64,000 nt of DNA from Lama glama (Eukaryota), in the NCBI GenBank assembly GCA_028534125.1, contig CM052821.1, positions 28,458,001-28,522,000 of the forward strand, read 5' to 3'. The notes under the pieces were generated by a model. It did not search any database and was not told the DNA's origin. It saw only the letters and a program-made list of their open reading frames with translations. Position numbers and translations under genes: made by a program. Position 1 is the first letter of the stretch, and every line of letters begins with the position of its first letter. Shown here piece after piece: positions 1-12,734 of this stretch.

Positions 1-714
1 TTTGACTTGATGATCAAAATCTCACCTGGGCCTACTCAGCACCCAACCCACAGACAGTTACTGGTGTCCCCAGGAATTGTGGGTCTTCAGAAATGAATGG
101 TGCCTCGAAAAGTGGAGGGAGGGAAACAGCAGCAAATACTGACCCTTCTTCAGGTGTTCCTTATTCAATAAAGGACCAAAATGGGATAGAAAGGGAAACT
201 TATAGGGAACCCCTTTCCCATCACAAAACAGCAGTTTTTAAAAATTGCCATATATGTCTCAAAACTGGCCGCTTGGGCATGAAAAAAACATTCACATCAC
301 ATTGTCACAACTCTTAGAAGTCAAGTTCTTCATTCCAGAAACCCCATGCATGAATGGGACTTCTGACTGAAAGGGATCAACCCACCTCCCTACATCAGTC
401 ACTTCACCACCAGCCAGGGAAACCGAGGTCCAGGGAGGTTCAGTAATAGCCTCGAAACACAACTGGTTTTAAGAGAATCAACTTTCCCCCTCAGCATTCA
501 TGTTACTTCTGGTTAGCTTAAGTGGTGTTAACCAGTGTAGAAGGGATTTTCTTCCTCATACTGTATGATGAGGAAATCCACATACTCTGATGATTTATTT
601 TTAACCATGCAGATTAAATAAAAATACTGCTGTCTTTTAGCCAGGTGCTCTGGGGCTTAATAACATGACAGAAGCATGAAATTACCATAATATATTTTGA
701 AAAAATAGCCAGGC

Positions 715-852
715 AATGTTTGGGGGCAATGGAAATATTCTCTAGTTGGAGGTGGGGGGGGGAATTACATGGGTGTGTGTAGACAATAACATTTAAGATC
801 TGTGCAGTTTCAATGTACATAAATTATACGTCAATGAAAAAAAAAATAAAAA
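715..852 (+). mobile_element. Old L1 (L1ME-like) 3' end with A-rich tail
   Basis: GGAAATATTCT...ATTACATGGGTGT...TTAAGATCTGTGCA...AAATTATAC..CAAT followed by an A run. Confidence 0.6.
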
Positions 853-1457
853 GACACCAAGGGTCTCAGTTCATTCTACTGCTTGGAGAAAAAGACTCCT
901 AACATCACCAAACTCTAAGAGAATGTATCGGATAAGTGTATACCTACCCTGTCACTCCCATATTTACACCTAGAAATTTAAGAACTATGCTTAGATATGG
1001 TAGCTTTAGAAATACAAACAATGCTATGTGCCATAGAACCTCTTTTTAGAGCACGTGTGCAAGTAAATTCATTTTAGTCCAATTCAAACTCAAATACATC
1101 ACTATAACCATCATCTTGATTTCTTTAAAAATACGCAAATCCATCTCACAGCCAATTATAAAATAATCCCATTTAATTCTTAATAATTTCTTCCCAGCAA
1201 ACATAAATTAAAACACATAAAGTGGTCAGTGAGTAATTCCTAGTGGCAGTTCAACCAAATTACAATTTACTGAAATGACCAATTCAAAGTTTATTTTTAA
1301 ACTGCTGACATATATGTAAGTTTCCAGTAAAGAATGAACGGCCATTTTTATTTTGGTTGTGGGGAGCAATGATGGGGAGTCAAATTTCTACACAGAATAG
1401 ATGCTTAAAAGACTGAATGATCTACCGTTCTTCAGAGGTCCTTAGGATTTGCTAACA

Positions 1458-1499
1458 GTACACACACACACACAAACACACGCGCGCATGCGTGCGTGC
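1458..1499. repeat. (CA)n/(CG)n alternating purine-pyrimidine microsatellite
   Basis: GTACACACACACACACAAACACACGCGCGCATGCGTGCGTGC read directly. Confidence 0.9.
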
Positions 1500-2104
1500 T
1501 GGTGATTCCATTAACTGTGGGCTGTACTATAAACAGCAAAACTGGAGGTTTCACGGTCTCAAGGCCATGGTTTCAGCCAAAAAGCTGGATGATCTGAATT
1601 CAAACTAGCCAAGGGTAATTGTAATTTTGAACTGAAAATCAATTTCAAATACCAATTTCAAAGTTTGGAAACTTTACTGATACAAAATGAAACAGTAATA
1701 AATAAGAGTCATCGGGTGTGTAAGAGGCACCTTCCTCCTTTGAGACGTTCAAGGGGTATTTTTGGTCTAACCTAGTTTCTCTTTTCTCATCATTTAACAT
1801 TCTATTTTGATGTGTAGCACCCTGGACTTCCTGTTACTACCTCTTGATATTCTACTGCAAATCATGACTCATCCTTAAATCATAGAGAAACTCATCACAA
1901 TCCCAAACTTCATAGCACGTATGAATTCAGTCTTTCAAGAGGGCAGCATTCTTAGAACATTACTTGGAGCCACAGAGACAAAAACACTGAACAAGTCCAT
2001 GTAGAGATTATGTCAATCCACTGTTGAGTCAACACATTTATTAGATCAATAAATACGAGCTCTCTGTGCGGTAATTTTAGTCTTAGTACTGGTTATTAAA
2101 CAGT

Positions 2105-2340
2105 GTTACGTGATATGTTAAGTGAAAATAAATTATAAAACAGAAAGTGTGGTGTGACTCCAATTAAAAATTTTATGTGTATGCATATGCAGGGGTGTAC
2201 GTGTGTCTCTCTTTTAAAAGACCAGAAATGTTAACAGTGGAATTATGGGAGATGTTTATTTTTTTTTCCCTTTGGGGTTTGCTGAATATTCCTAAGGTAA
2301 TTCACATTAATATTTTTTATAACCAAAAAAACCAACTAAA
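2105..2340 (+). mobile_element. Old L1ME/L1MC 3' UTR fragment
   Basis: TGATATGTTAAGTGAAAA...ACCAGAAATGTTAACAGTGG...TTTTATAACCAAAAAA pattern. Confidence 0.55.
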
Positions 2341-3372
2341 CTTCAGAAAATATTGCTATACCAATGTGATTGCAAGTAGGTCATAAATCTACAAAGGCAA
2401 AGAGGAATTATGAATAAACATTATGGAGAAAACTCTTGCCTTAAACATACAGAAAAATCTGCCAAGAGTGGGGACCTTCATTCAAGTGACCGGAGCCAAC
2501 TGTGTGTGTGTGTAGGTGCAGGCCCTTAGGGACAGAAGCCAGCTGCCTGCAGCCAGGTCACAGCCAGAATGGACAGGGAACCCAATGCTTTTAAAGTTGA
2601 ATGAGGACCGACCCCTAGGTTTGGGAAACGTGAAGATAGCTGAATCATTCCCTGGGACTGGAAAGGAGCAAAGCCATTAATTAGTAAGCAGTATTTCACC
2701 ATCAGCGATAAAAGACTCTACTCCAGGAAATCACATCCTTAAATAATTTTTAAAAGTGTTTTGGGTTTGTTTTGTTTTAGGTAATGTTTTGCAATCATAT
2801 TGGTTTCTTGATTCAGACAGATACACAATTGGGTAGCAAAAAACACACAAAATCCAATATCTGACAGCGAAGAAAGGAATATTTTAATTTATATGCACTG
2901 CCTGGAAGCCCTTTAAAACCAATTTCAGGAAAAGATTCTAGTTCTAAAAAATTATTACAAATATAAATTTCAATATATGATCTCAGAGTTATGGTAACTG
3001 TATAATAGCAGTGTTGAATTATTAATTTTAAAAAATAAGAAAAAGAGGCAGTCTTTAATAAATGTTTAGGAAACTTCAAAATTCAAATGCGGCTGAAAAA
3101 ATCACAGTTCTCACCCATTTGGGCGATTGCCGTTATGGTCTAAAAAGCACTAGTACCGAGTGAATGAGGTTCAGTGATGGTCTAATTCAGCTCCCAAAGG
3201 TACACCACCAAAATGTCATCAGATGCCAATTGCAACTGACCAAAAAGAGAGAGAAAAGGAGAGAAAATTCATGGATACTGTGTTATTCTTGTGGCCACAA
3301 TGCCAGTGATGACTTTTAAATGTCCTGTTCAGTGAATGAATGCATGTAAGGAGTTACCATTATCAATGTAAA

Positions 3373-3586
3373 CAGTAGCTTCTTAACCTGGGTACTACTG
3401 ACATTTGGCGCTGGAAAATTCTTTGTGGAGGGCTGCCCTGTGCATTGTTGGATGTTTAGCAGCACCCCGACCTCTATCCACTAATACCAATAGCACCCCC
3501 TCTGATGATGACAGACAACCAAAATGTCTCCGGATATTGCCACATCTCCCTTGGGAAGAAAAATTACTCCCAGTTGAGAATCACTG
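3373..3586 (-). mobile_element. MER20 (hAT-Charlie MITE), near full length
   Basis: CAGT...ACTG termini; CTGCCCTGTGCATTGT.GGATGTTTAGCAGCA...AAAATGTCTCC.GA.ATTGCCA...GTTGAGAA.CACTG. Confidence 0.85.
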
Positions 3587-4929
3587 ATAATAAGTGAATA
3601 CTATGCATTCCAAATAGTAACTTATTGGAATGAAGAACTCTACCTCCCTTGTGTCTGGAAGGAAATGTTACCTTGAGAGTAGAGTATCTACAACCTTCAT
3701 CCTTAAGGCATGCTCATGCAGAGTGATGTGAGCCTTGGAAAGCTTTTCTTCTTACCTATTGTAAGTTCTGTTATCCTACTCACAGCTTTCAATGCAACAA
3801 TTTATTGAGCATCTACTCCGTGCCAGGTGTGGCGTTAGGGACATCCTGTGCTTATGTCCACTGACTCACACTCTGGTCGGGCTGGTTGGGTTGTTTTTAG
3901 GACACGCTTTGCCACCAGGAAAAAAAAAAAAAAACACTGACACCTTAAAAAATCCTCAATAGAGCAGCAAGTCCTTGTCAATAAAGGAACCCCACAGTTT
4001 CAATCAGTTTCCTTAAAATTCTTTACCTTTTTAGTAACTACATATTTCCAACATTTAAAGGTTTAAAAACAAACAAAAAAAAAGTCCAGAAGGCCTTTGC
4101 TATATTTGGCACAGAATGACCATCAGGGGTTTTTGCCGGCAGGGTCATTACTGGAAACTCTAAAGACACTTAAGGACAGTCTTCTTAACTGTCTGACCCA
4201 CGTGCCCTCCTAACACAATTTGTAATTTTATAATCCCCATAAACTGAAACTCATAACTGACCTTTCCCAAATAAATGTAGGTCACAGAGAGAGAAGAAAG
4301 GGAGAGAGATCAGAGGGTATTTTGTTTGGCAAAAAGACTCAGAAATCAATTTGAGCTCATTAATAGATGCCTGGAACATGCTTGGTTTCTCAGCACCTCC
4401 GGATCCTCACCACCCCCACCCCAAGACTGAAGTACAGACACGAGAGGATGGGTGTGTTTGAGCGGCTANNNNNNNNNNNNNNNNNNNNNNNNNNNNNNNN
4501 NNNNNNNNNNNNNNNNNNNNNNNNNNNNNNNNNNNNNNNNNNNNNNNNNNNNNNNNNNNNNNNNNNNNNNNNNNNNNNNNNNNNNNNNNNNNNNNNNNNN
4601 NNNNNNNNTCCAAAATGGCTAAAGTAACTTCAAAGTTTTCAAGATGCTGCCCTGAAAAGATTTGTTGGGCGGCTGCACCTCTAAGTAAATAAAGCCGTAA
4701 CTTGTCTCCCTCGCCAGCCAGCGCNNNNNNNNNNNNNNNNNNNNNNNNNNNNNNNNNNNNNNNNNNNNNNNNNNNNNNNNNNNNNNNNNNNNNNNNNNNN
4801 NNNNNNNNNNNNNNNNNNNNNNNNNNNNNNNNNNNNNNNNNNNNNNNNNNNNNNNNNNNNNNNNNNNNNNNNNNNNNNNNNNNNNNNNNNNNNNNNNNNN
4901 NNNNNNNNNNNNNNNNNNNNNNNNNNNNC

Positions 4930-6790
4930 CAAAAACAACTCAGCCTCCCCCAGTCCCCCCTCTCCCGGCTGGGGTGCTGGGGGGACCTAAAGACCCGCCA
5001 GGGGCTTCCAAAAGCGGGAGGGTGGGAGGGGGCCGGAGGGGAAGGGNNNNNNNNNNNNNNNNNNNNNNNNNNNNNNNNNNNNNNNNNNNNNNNNNNNNNN
5101 NNNNNNNNNNNNNNNNNNNNNNNNNNNNNNNNNNNNNNNNNNNNNNNNNNNNNNNNNNNNNNNNNNNNNNNNNNNNNNNNNNNNNNNNNNNNNNNNNNNN
5201 NNNNNNNNNNNNNNNNNNNNNNNNNNNNNNNNNNNNNNNNNNNNNNNNNNNNNNNNNNNNNNNNNNNNNNNNNNNNNNNNNNNNNNNNNNNNNNNNNNNN
5301 NNNNNNCCCCCACCCGCCGTCTAACTGCAGCTTGTCCTCAAAATGATTCGGTTCAGAAAACATAAAACCGAGACCTCTTTCTCTTTTTTAACCTTCCAAA
5401 TTGTAATTCCTCCCCAAAAAAGTTACAGTAGCATTACAGGCCAACATTCAGTTGCAAGTTGAAGAGCCCTATCCTAAAGTGCTGGGGGCTCCAAGACCAT
5501 CTCCTTCCCAGTCCTCCTCCAAAACGGTGTCCAATAAAGACTCCACCGGCTTTTAAAAGTCAGGCTGGGCGTGCGCCTGGGGCGGCGACCCGGGCTGGGG
5601 TCACCTGCCGAGAGAGGGGGGGTGCGACCCTCAGCCCCGCGGCTTCCCTCTCCACCGGTCTTCTCCCCGAATCCAAGCGTCGGTGCCCACTACCACTCCG
5701 AGGGGAGCCCCAGCCCTGGCCGGAAGGTCAGCGGTGGTCCAGCTTCCCCGCACGCAGCCCGCTCCTCCCAGGGACCCCAAGTCTCACCGTCTCCTATTCC
5801 CTCGCGCGCCCCCTCCTCCAGGCTCGCGGCGCAGCCCCACGGCGGGATGTGCCAACGCCGGGTGGCCGTAGCCCCCGGGCCGGCGCGCGGACCAGGCGCT
5901 GGAGCATCTTCGCGGCGCCCCCACCCCGTAGCTGGCCCCCTCCCCAGGCCCGCAGCCCCAGAAGCGGCGCCCACCCGCCCCACCCCCACCAAGCTACAGA
6001 AAAGAAAGAAAGAACGAAAACAACCACCCCCCACAAAACTTTGCAACTGTCCGAGCAACAGGCACAAACCCCGCTACTTACCCAGATGTGGGGGAGCTTT
6101 CAAGATCCTTGTTCGGGGGAATTTNNNNNNNNNNNNNNNNNNNNNNNNNNNNNNNNNNNNNNNNNNNNNNNNNNNNNNNNNNNNNNNNNNNNNNNNNNNN
6201 NNNNNNNNNNNNNNNNNNNNNNNNNNNNNNNNNNNNNNNNNNNNNNNNNNNNNNNNNNNNNNNNNNNNNNNNNNNNNNNNNNNNNNNNNNNNNNNNNNNN
6301 NNNNNNNNNNNNNNNNNNNNNNNNNNNNNNNNNNNNNNNNNNNNNNNNNNNNNNNNNNNNNNNNNNNNNNNNNNNNNNNNNNNNNNNNNNNNNNNNNNNN
6401 NNNNNNNNNNNNNNNNNNNNNNNNNNNNNNNTACTCCGCCGCCCGCGGCCCCGCACAGCGCCCGTGCCCCCGCCCGCCGCGCTCCACGCTTCCTGCTCTG
6501 CCACCCCCGGGGAGGAGCCTCCAGACCCCGTGCGGCCGCAGCCCCTCCCCACGGTGGGAGGAGTGGGGGGGGGGGAGGCGGGCAACGCGGCCAGGAACCC
6601 GGAGAAGCTGCCCTCGACGCGCTGGGGGGCTGACCTTGGGTGGTGGCGGGACCAGGGATCCCGCTTCTCCCCCCGGGGTCCCTGCGCTGGGGACCCCGCT
6701 GGGCCCCGCTGTGGGGTCTTGTCCTGCCGGGCTGGCCTGGGCAGGGAGACCCGAAGTGGAGAGGCCGCTGGACTTGCTGCTTTCTGTCAG
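4930..6790. promoter_or_regulatory. CpG island / GC-rich promoter region of an unidentified minus-strand gene
   Basis: Very high GC and dense CpG (e.g. 5570-5990, 6432-6770) against a CpG-depleted background; GC boxes (CCCGCCC); several masked blocks inside; the long ORFs over it are Pro/Arg/Gly/Ala-rich artefacts. Confidence 0.9.
6082..6431 (-). other. Probable first exon (5' UTR, mostly masked) ending at a consensus splice donor
   Basis: Plus ACTTAC at 6076-6081 reads ...CACATCTGG|GTAAGT on the minus strand, inside the CpG island. The exon start is hidden by Ns 6125-6431. Gene identity not recognised. Confidence 0.55.
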
Positions 6791-7273
6791 CTGGGATGGA
6801 AGAGTTGTGGGGCTAGTGGGTATCGGGAGTGGGGTTTAGATTGCTCTGAGTCAAGGGTTTCTTGATCGTGGGTAGGGGCGTGATTGCTTAGGATGAGATG
6901 TTGCATGTGCAGAAAAGGAGGCACAGTTTTTGTCTGAGGATGGACACAGTTCCTGCCTGGGATTTTTTTTTAAAAGCCAGCGCTCAGAGTAAGGGGCCCA
7001 CTTTGGGGGACAGGATAAGAAACCATAAACTGGAAGCCAGCATTCTCCAGGAAGAGCCCATTCTGGCCTGTCGCTATGGCCTTAACACAGGCCCAGTCTT
7101 TCCTGCCTGCTAAGACTCGAGAGAAATGAGCAGCGACCACGGGGCCGAGTGACCGAGGCTTCGGAAGGAGACTCCGTGGTCTCAAAACTGGACTCCACAC
7201 CGCAGTATCCCTCACGGACCACCCACCCCAGACTCCCTCCACTTCCAGCCTCCCCTCCCCAGCCGTGCAGACC

Positions 7274-7500
7274 ACCGGTTTCCAAACTTGAGCATGCAAC
7301 CAGCATCACGTGGGGGTGGGGGGAGCTTGTTAAAACACTCGTTGCCTGGTCTCACCGCCAGAATTCCTGATTCTGTAGGTCTGGGTGGTTCTCAGCCCTG
7401 GATAACATTAGAATCACCTGGGGGGTGTTTTGAAAACTATTGATCTTTACACACAACCCAAACCAATTAAGTCAGATGCCCTGGGGGGCGGGGCGTGAGT
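7274..7500. mobile_element. Two adjacent MER5-family (hAT-Charlie) fragments
   Basis: CAAACTTGAGCATGCA...CTTGTTAAAACA...CTGATTC.GTAGGTCTGGG, then GTGGTTCTCA...CATTAGAATCACCTGGGG...CCAATTAA.TCAGA. Confidence 0.7.
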
Positions 7501-8436
7501 CCTCTCAAAAGGATAGAATTCTAGGAGTTTCTCCACTTGTTTCTTATTTTTGCAATCTTTCTGAAGATTATTTGTTTATGAATCTCTCACTATTACTAAC
7601 TGTGGGCTTCTAAAGGGCAGGGTGGTAATTTACTCTAGTTAGTACCAGTTCCCCACCCCAAGTGCCAGTCAGAGCACCTGACTCATAGGACCGCCCAGTT
7701 CTCTGTGTTGGCTTCAGGCTGGTGGGGATAGTTTCCTGACAGGTGGGACAAGGCCCACGAGGCCTCTGATAAGGGTGGGAAAACATGCAGTGTGGGGGTT
7801 GGGGAGTAGAGAAGGAGAAGATATGGGGAAGAGAGCTATTTATCAACCCCTGATTTTCCACAGCTAATTTTCCACTTTAGGAATTATCATTTTAATCCCT
7901 AGTGGGCCTCTCCTGTCACTCAGCAGAGCTCACTTCATGTCCCCATATGATCCAGCTGTGGACTGGGAGAACACAAACTTAGTTTATTAGTGAGGGAAAA
8001 AAACCTCACATACAATTAAGAACACCATGTTGCTTTACCTAAAAAGTGTATACCAAAGCCAAACATGAGTATATCTTAAACCAGTGGCTTTCATGCTTTT
8101 TATTGTCTATAACAAATCTTTGTAGGATCACCACAAATCTTTGTAGACTCCCAATATGTGAGAGAACAGATGTACATGATTTCATCAGGCTTTGATTGTT
8201 CTGAAGAAATGCCTGCCTGTTTAAGGCACTTCTGAAACACTTACTCATGCCCTAGCATTTCCCAGACCAAATGAAGACCTCCTAAGTTTTTCTGGTGTTC
8301 TAGGTTGTCCACATCACTATGCCAGGCCCTTCATTAGAATGAGTAACTCAGAGCTGACTCTGCTCTGCCCAAGGCACAGGGAATAACTTTTACTCATAGG
8401 TGTCCCCAGCTTCTGTCCCTTGCATTAGACAGCTTC

Positions 8437-8828
8437 TGCTGCCTTAGCTCAGGCTGCTATAACAAGTGCCTTGGCCTGCATGGCTTAAACAACAGACATT
8501 TATGTCTCAGAGTTCTGAAAAGTGGGAAATTCAAGATCAAGGTGCCAGCAGATTTGATTCTTGGAGAGGGCTCACTCCCTGGACTGTAAAGGCCACCTCT
8601 CATGGTGCCCCACATGGCCTTTCCTCAGTAGCATATGTGAAAGGAGAGAGGAAGCAAGCTCTCTGGTGTCTCTTCTCAGAAAGGGTACTAATCCTATTAC
8701 GGGAGCTCCCCCTTCACGACCTCAGCTAAACCTAGTTACCTCCTAAAAGCCCAACCTCCTAATACCATCACACTGGGGGTTAGGGTTTCAACATGAATTT
8801 AGGGGTGACATGAACATTAGTTTATAAC
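8437..8828 (-). mobile_element. MLT1A-type ERVL-MaLR solo LTR
   Basis: GGCTGCTATAACAA...GGCTTAAACAACAGA.ATTTAT...AAGATCAAGGTGCCAGCAGATT...CCTCCTAATACCATCACA.TGGGGGTTAGG.TTTCAACATGAATTT. Confidence 0.85.
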
Positions 8829-9211
8829 AACTGTTATTTGTTTTCTACACTTTCCTTCTCACTGTCAAAAAGCAGCCAAGAGGTGTGGCATTTAGTACTA
8901 TATGATCCACACTCCTCTTTCTATGCTTTTCTTGTAAAACAGACAGGAGTTAGAATTTATGGGTTATGAGTAAAATTTCTTAAGGAGCTCTTTGTTGCAG
9001 GTGACAGGATCATTCATTTCTGGCCAAGAGACAGTGAGGCTCTCTCAGCTTTGATAAGAATAGCAGAGATCTTATCAAAGATTGGAGTTAGTCAGTCTGA
9101 TGTATTGGACGGTGCTTGAGGCAGAGTGCAAGTGGGTCAGCTCAAATAAACCCTATGGGTGAAGGGGGGTGCTGGGTCTCCACAAGAAACCCTGGCTCTA
9201 AAAGAAGGGGT

Positions 9212-9569
9212 TTATTAGCTTTTGTTAGGATAACACTGTGTAACAAACAACCCCAACACTCAGTGGCTTACCAACATATGGGTCTCAGATGGGTGGGTTC
9301 AACTCTGCTTCACATGTTTTCTCATTCTGGGACCCAGGCTGAAGGAAAAGGCTCAGCGTGGGACATAAAGTTTTCTAGAAGGGCAGGAATTCAAGCAAAG
9401 TGAGTGGAGACACATGAAGCCTATTAAAACCTCTGCCACATCTATTAAAACTAGCACACCCTCACATCAACTCACAATCCATTGGGGAAAGCAATTCATA
9501 TGGCCAAGTCTAAAGTCAACGGGACAGGAGAAGGACAGGGGGAGTTCTGAATAAATAATACAATCTGCC
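9212..9569 (-). mobile_element. Old MLT1 (K/L-like) LTR
   Basis: GTAACAAACAACCCCAA.ACTCAGTGGCTTA...CTGGGACCCAGGCTGAAGGA...CCATTGG...TGGCCAAG. Confidence 0.6.
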
Positions 9570-10300
9570 AAAGAGAAAATGGATGCTGGGTATGCAAAAA
9601 CAACAGATCTCTTGGGTCCCTCCTAATTTAACCTTCTACACTGTCTAACAGAATGGGATGTTATGAAAAGTTAAAAAAAAAAATACAGATGGATGAGGAA
9701 GTATAATTAGATAAGGCAGGGGGAGAAAGTTTTAAAATATATCAAACTAAAATATTCTAGAACATAGCAGAACAAAGAAAATATGAAACTTATGAATTGA
9801 TGGTATTAAACTTATAAGTTGATGAATTTTGATAGAAACTCAAAAGTGGTTTCCTCACTACTTTGGAGACTGCTTCAGTGTTGGGGGAATATGGGTAGGA
9901 TTTGGGACTAGACAGCTAAAGCCTGATGGGAAGGCAGCCCACTCAGGTGGCAAGTATACATTTGGAATCAGGATCGTGGGGATCCAGTCCCATACTGACC
10001 TGTTCTAGCTATTCGACCTTGACTAAGTCACTCACTCTCTGAGCCTGCATGAACATCAGTTTTTACTGATTTTTACAGTGAATGCCAATTTTACATTAAA
10101 ACAACATGTGTTATGGACTAGGATTCAAAAACTTTCATGAACCTCATTTGAAAGAGTATTTAAAATAATTTTATAGACTTACAGGCAGAGCCCCTTGGGT
10201 CTACATTCTCCCTTTTGTGCTATTAGTGGTCTTTCAGTGGGGACAGCTGAGAAGCATTGATTTGGACCACCTTTTGCCCTCAGACTGGCCACCCATAGGC

Positions 10301-11109
10301 TAGAGGTTGGCAAACTGCAACCCACAGTGCCCACTGCCTGTTTCAATACGACTTTCAAGGTAAGAATTAATTTATTTTTTTAAGNNNNNNNNNNNNNNNN
10401 NNNNNNNNNNNNNNNNNNNNNNNNNNNNNNNNNNNNNNNNNNNNNNNNNNNNNNNNNNNNNNNNNNNNNNNNNNNNNNNNNNNNNNNNNNNNNNNNNNNN
10501 NNNNNNNNNNNNNNNNNNNNNNNNNNNNNNNNNATTCAACACACACCCCATTCCCTCTTACCCCAGCCCCTGGAAACCACTCTTCCACCTTCTGTTTCTA
10601 TGAATTTGACTACTTTAGATACCTCCTATAATTAGAATTATACAGCATTTCTCTTATTGTGACTGGCTTATTTCACTTAGCAGAGTTTCCTCAAGATNNN
10701 NNNNNNNNNNNNNNNNNNNNNNNNNNNNNNNNNNNNNNNNNNNNNNNNNNNNNNNNNNNNNNNNNNNNNNNNNNNNNNNNNNNNNNNNNNNNNNNNNNNN
10801 NNNNNNNNNNNNNNNNNNNNNNNNNNNNNNNNNNNNNNNNTACTAAGAATTTATATTTTTAAGTGGCTGGAAACAAATCAAAGGAATAATAATACTTTGT
10901 AACATGTAAAAGTTGTATGAAATTCAAATTTCAGTGTCCATAAATAAAGGTTTGTTGGAACACAGACAGACTCATTCACTTATGCATTATTAATGCTGCT
11001 TTGGCAGTGCAATGGCATCGTTGAATAGTTGTGACAGAGACCATTACGGTCTATAAAGCTGAAAATATTTACTTTCTGACTCTTTACAGAAAAAGTTTGT
11101 CAATCCCTG
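10301..11109 (+). mobile_element. MER58B (hAT-Charlie) interrupted by an L1 fragment
   Basis: TAGAGGTTGGCAAACT...AGTTTGTCAATCCCTG termini; 8-bp TSD CCATAGGC (10293-10300) / GCATAGGC (11110-11117). Confidence 0.85.
10369..10843 (-). mobile_element. L1MA/L1MB 3' end inserted in MER58B (partly masked)
   Basis: CCCCAGCCCCTGG.AACCAC...TCTGTTTCTATGAATTTGACTACTTTAGATACCTC...GACTGGCTTATTTCACTTAGCA; TAAGAATT duplicated at both edges. Confidence 0.8.
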
Positions 11110-12397
11110 GCATAGGCCATCTGAGACAAATGAGACTCTGCCCTATTTTTTGGTTTGGTTTTAACCGCATTTTCTTTCTTATTCCGGAGGCCTTTCCTTG
11201 CCATATAGGGTAAAAATCTTAGTGTCTTTAACAAACTTCACATCCAGGAACTTCGTCTTCAAAGAAAACCAGGTTGTCATGCTTAATTTAATTCCTCTTA
11301 TCTGGTCTTCTGATGAGGTAGGGAGTAGCTGACTCATACTCTCCTAGCCGGGGAGACACCTTTCAAGCTTTTCTCTGGTCTCTGAACAAACCTGAATTCC
11401 CAGCCGCATCAGAGCTACACACACTAGGGCCTCACCCCTGAGATTCTGAGGTTAGGACTAGGATTCTGTATTTCTCCAAAGCTCCATTGAGATGACCTCT
11501 CCTTATGAAACTCTTGTAAATGTCTTACTCATCCTTGAAACTAAGCTCAAGCCCTGCCTCCTCCAAGAATTCTTCCAAGATCCACCAGATGAAGTCCACA
11601 GCCCTTTTCTCCTGCATCCTCACAATACAGGGTTGGAATTTTACCACTTAGCATTATGAAATGACTGTCACTCCCCACATCCCATCTATATCCCTAATGC
11701 CTACCAAAAAAGTGCTGACAAATTTGTATTGAATCAATCAATTCATCAATAATAAAAGGAGTGATATGCAATAAAGTTTTGTAAATGATGTACAATACTA
11801 ATTGAGGCATGTGAACAATCACTAGAAGGGAGAATAATTCATGACATTTGGAAAGAATTAACACTGATTCTAAGCTTTAGATTTCTTAAATTCACAATTG
11901 ATTGAAATGTATCAATATTTTGTACCCACCCCCTACTCACCCCAAATCCACATTCTAATGTACACTGGAAAGGAAAGGAGATTAAAACATAGTGATGCGG
12001 TGTTGCAACTCCAAAAACTGAGTCATTGCTATAATTTCCAGGACTAATACAACTGAGAAACTGTCCTGACCAGCTACTGGACAAAATCACTTCCTACATA
12101 ATAGAAATTTGAAATTTGCAGAAAAGTACAAATGGTCTTGAGCCTTTTCTCTTTCAGTGATGCCCAGAGTTCCTGTGTAAGCAACTGTTTTGGATTTTAT
12201 ATGTGTAGATCAAGAAGACAGGGCACTTTATCTCTTGATTTGGTCCTAGAAGGTGTTGTGCAAAACTTTGAAGGAAACTGCAGTCTTTCTTTTCCCACAG
12301 TATCAGACAGTCACAGAAGCCCAGGAAATGCCCCCTGGGCAGGATGTCATGCTATGCTTTAACGGCAAAGATGGGCAAGGCGTGGTTGGGGGTGGTT

Positions 12398-12467
12398 TCA
12401 AGACCAACTTTTTAATGGTTGGAAAAAGCTGATGGATTGAAGGTTGATTATCACCTCTGAAAAATCT
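12398..12467 (-). pseudogene. GPR180-like terminal pseudo-exon G: DFSEVIINLQSISFFQPLKSWS*
   Basis: Acceptor GAGTTTCAG|, phase 2, compatible with exon F; IINLQSISF resembles the TM7 segment VILCQSVSM. Confidence 0.45.
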
Positions 12468-12535
12468 CTGAAACTCAAATGAGAGTAGTAATTTGAGAGC
12501 AGCAAAGGAAGGCCTGGGGCTGTGATCAGGCTTAC

Positions 12536-12651
12536 CAGGGATGATGGGAGAGCAGGAGCCTTCAGAGGGGCTAGAAGCTCCCAGGCACGAACATGATTCA
12601 ATCCCTTCTCAAGGGTCTCTTTGCATGGGTGATAGGCTTTGTTTGGGGAGG
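12536..12651 (-). pseudogene. GPR180-like pseudo-exon F (heavily decayed): PPQTKPITHAKRPLRRD*IMFVPGSF*PL*RLLLSHHP
   Basis: Acceptor TTTGGCTCCAG|, donor CTG|GTAAGC; IT.....LRRD..IMF..G resembles GPR180 ITVERSTLKREFYITFAKG; three stops; true 5' boundary uncertain. Confidence 0.45.
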
Positions 12652-12734
12652 CTGGAGCCAAACAGGAATTTTGATGGAAAATCAGAACAAATGAAGTTGT
12701 TCCCCGTGAAACTTAGGGACACTCTAAACTCTGC

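Noticed and set aside
4027-4159. Possible second minus-strand exon (AG...AAG|GTAAAG)
   Set aside because: Weak acceptor and T-rich, intron-like content.
5459-6865. Long ORFs (468 aa, 422 aa and overlapping ones) across the CpG island
   Set aside because: Open in several frames on both strands because of high GC and N runs; low-complexity P/R/G/A translation with no recognisable domain.
8112-8146. 14-bp direct repeat ACAAATCTTTGTAG (similar micro-duplications at 9421-9451 and 15012-15035)
   Set aside because: Two copies only; ordinary slippage duplications, not an array.
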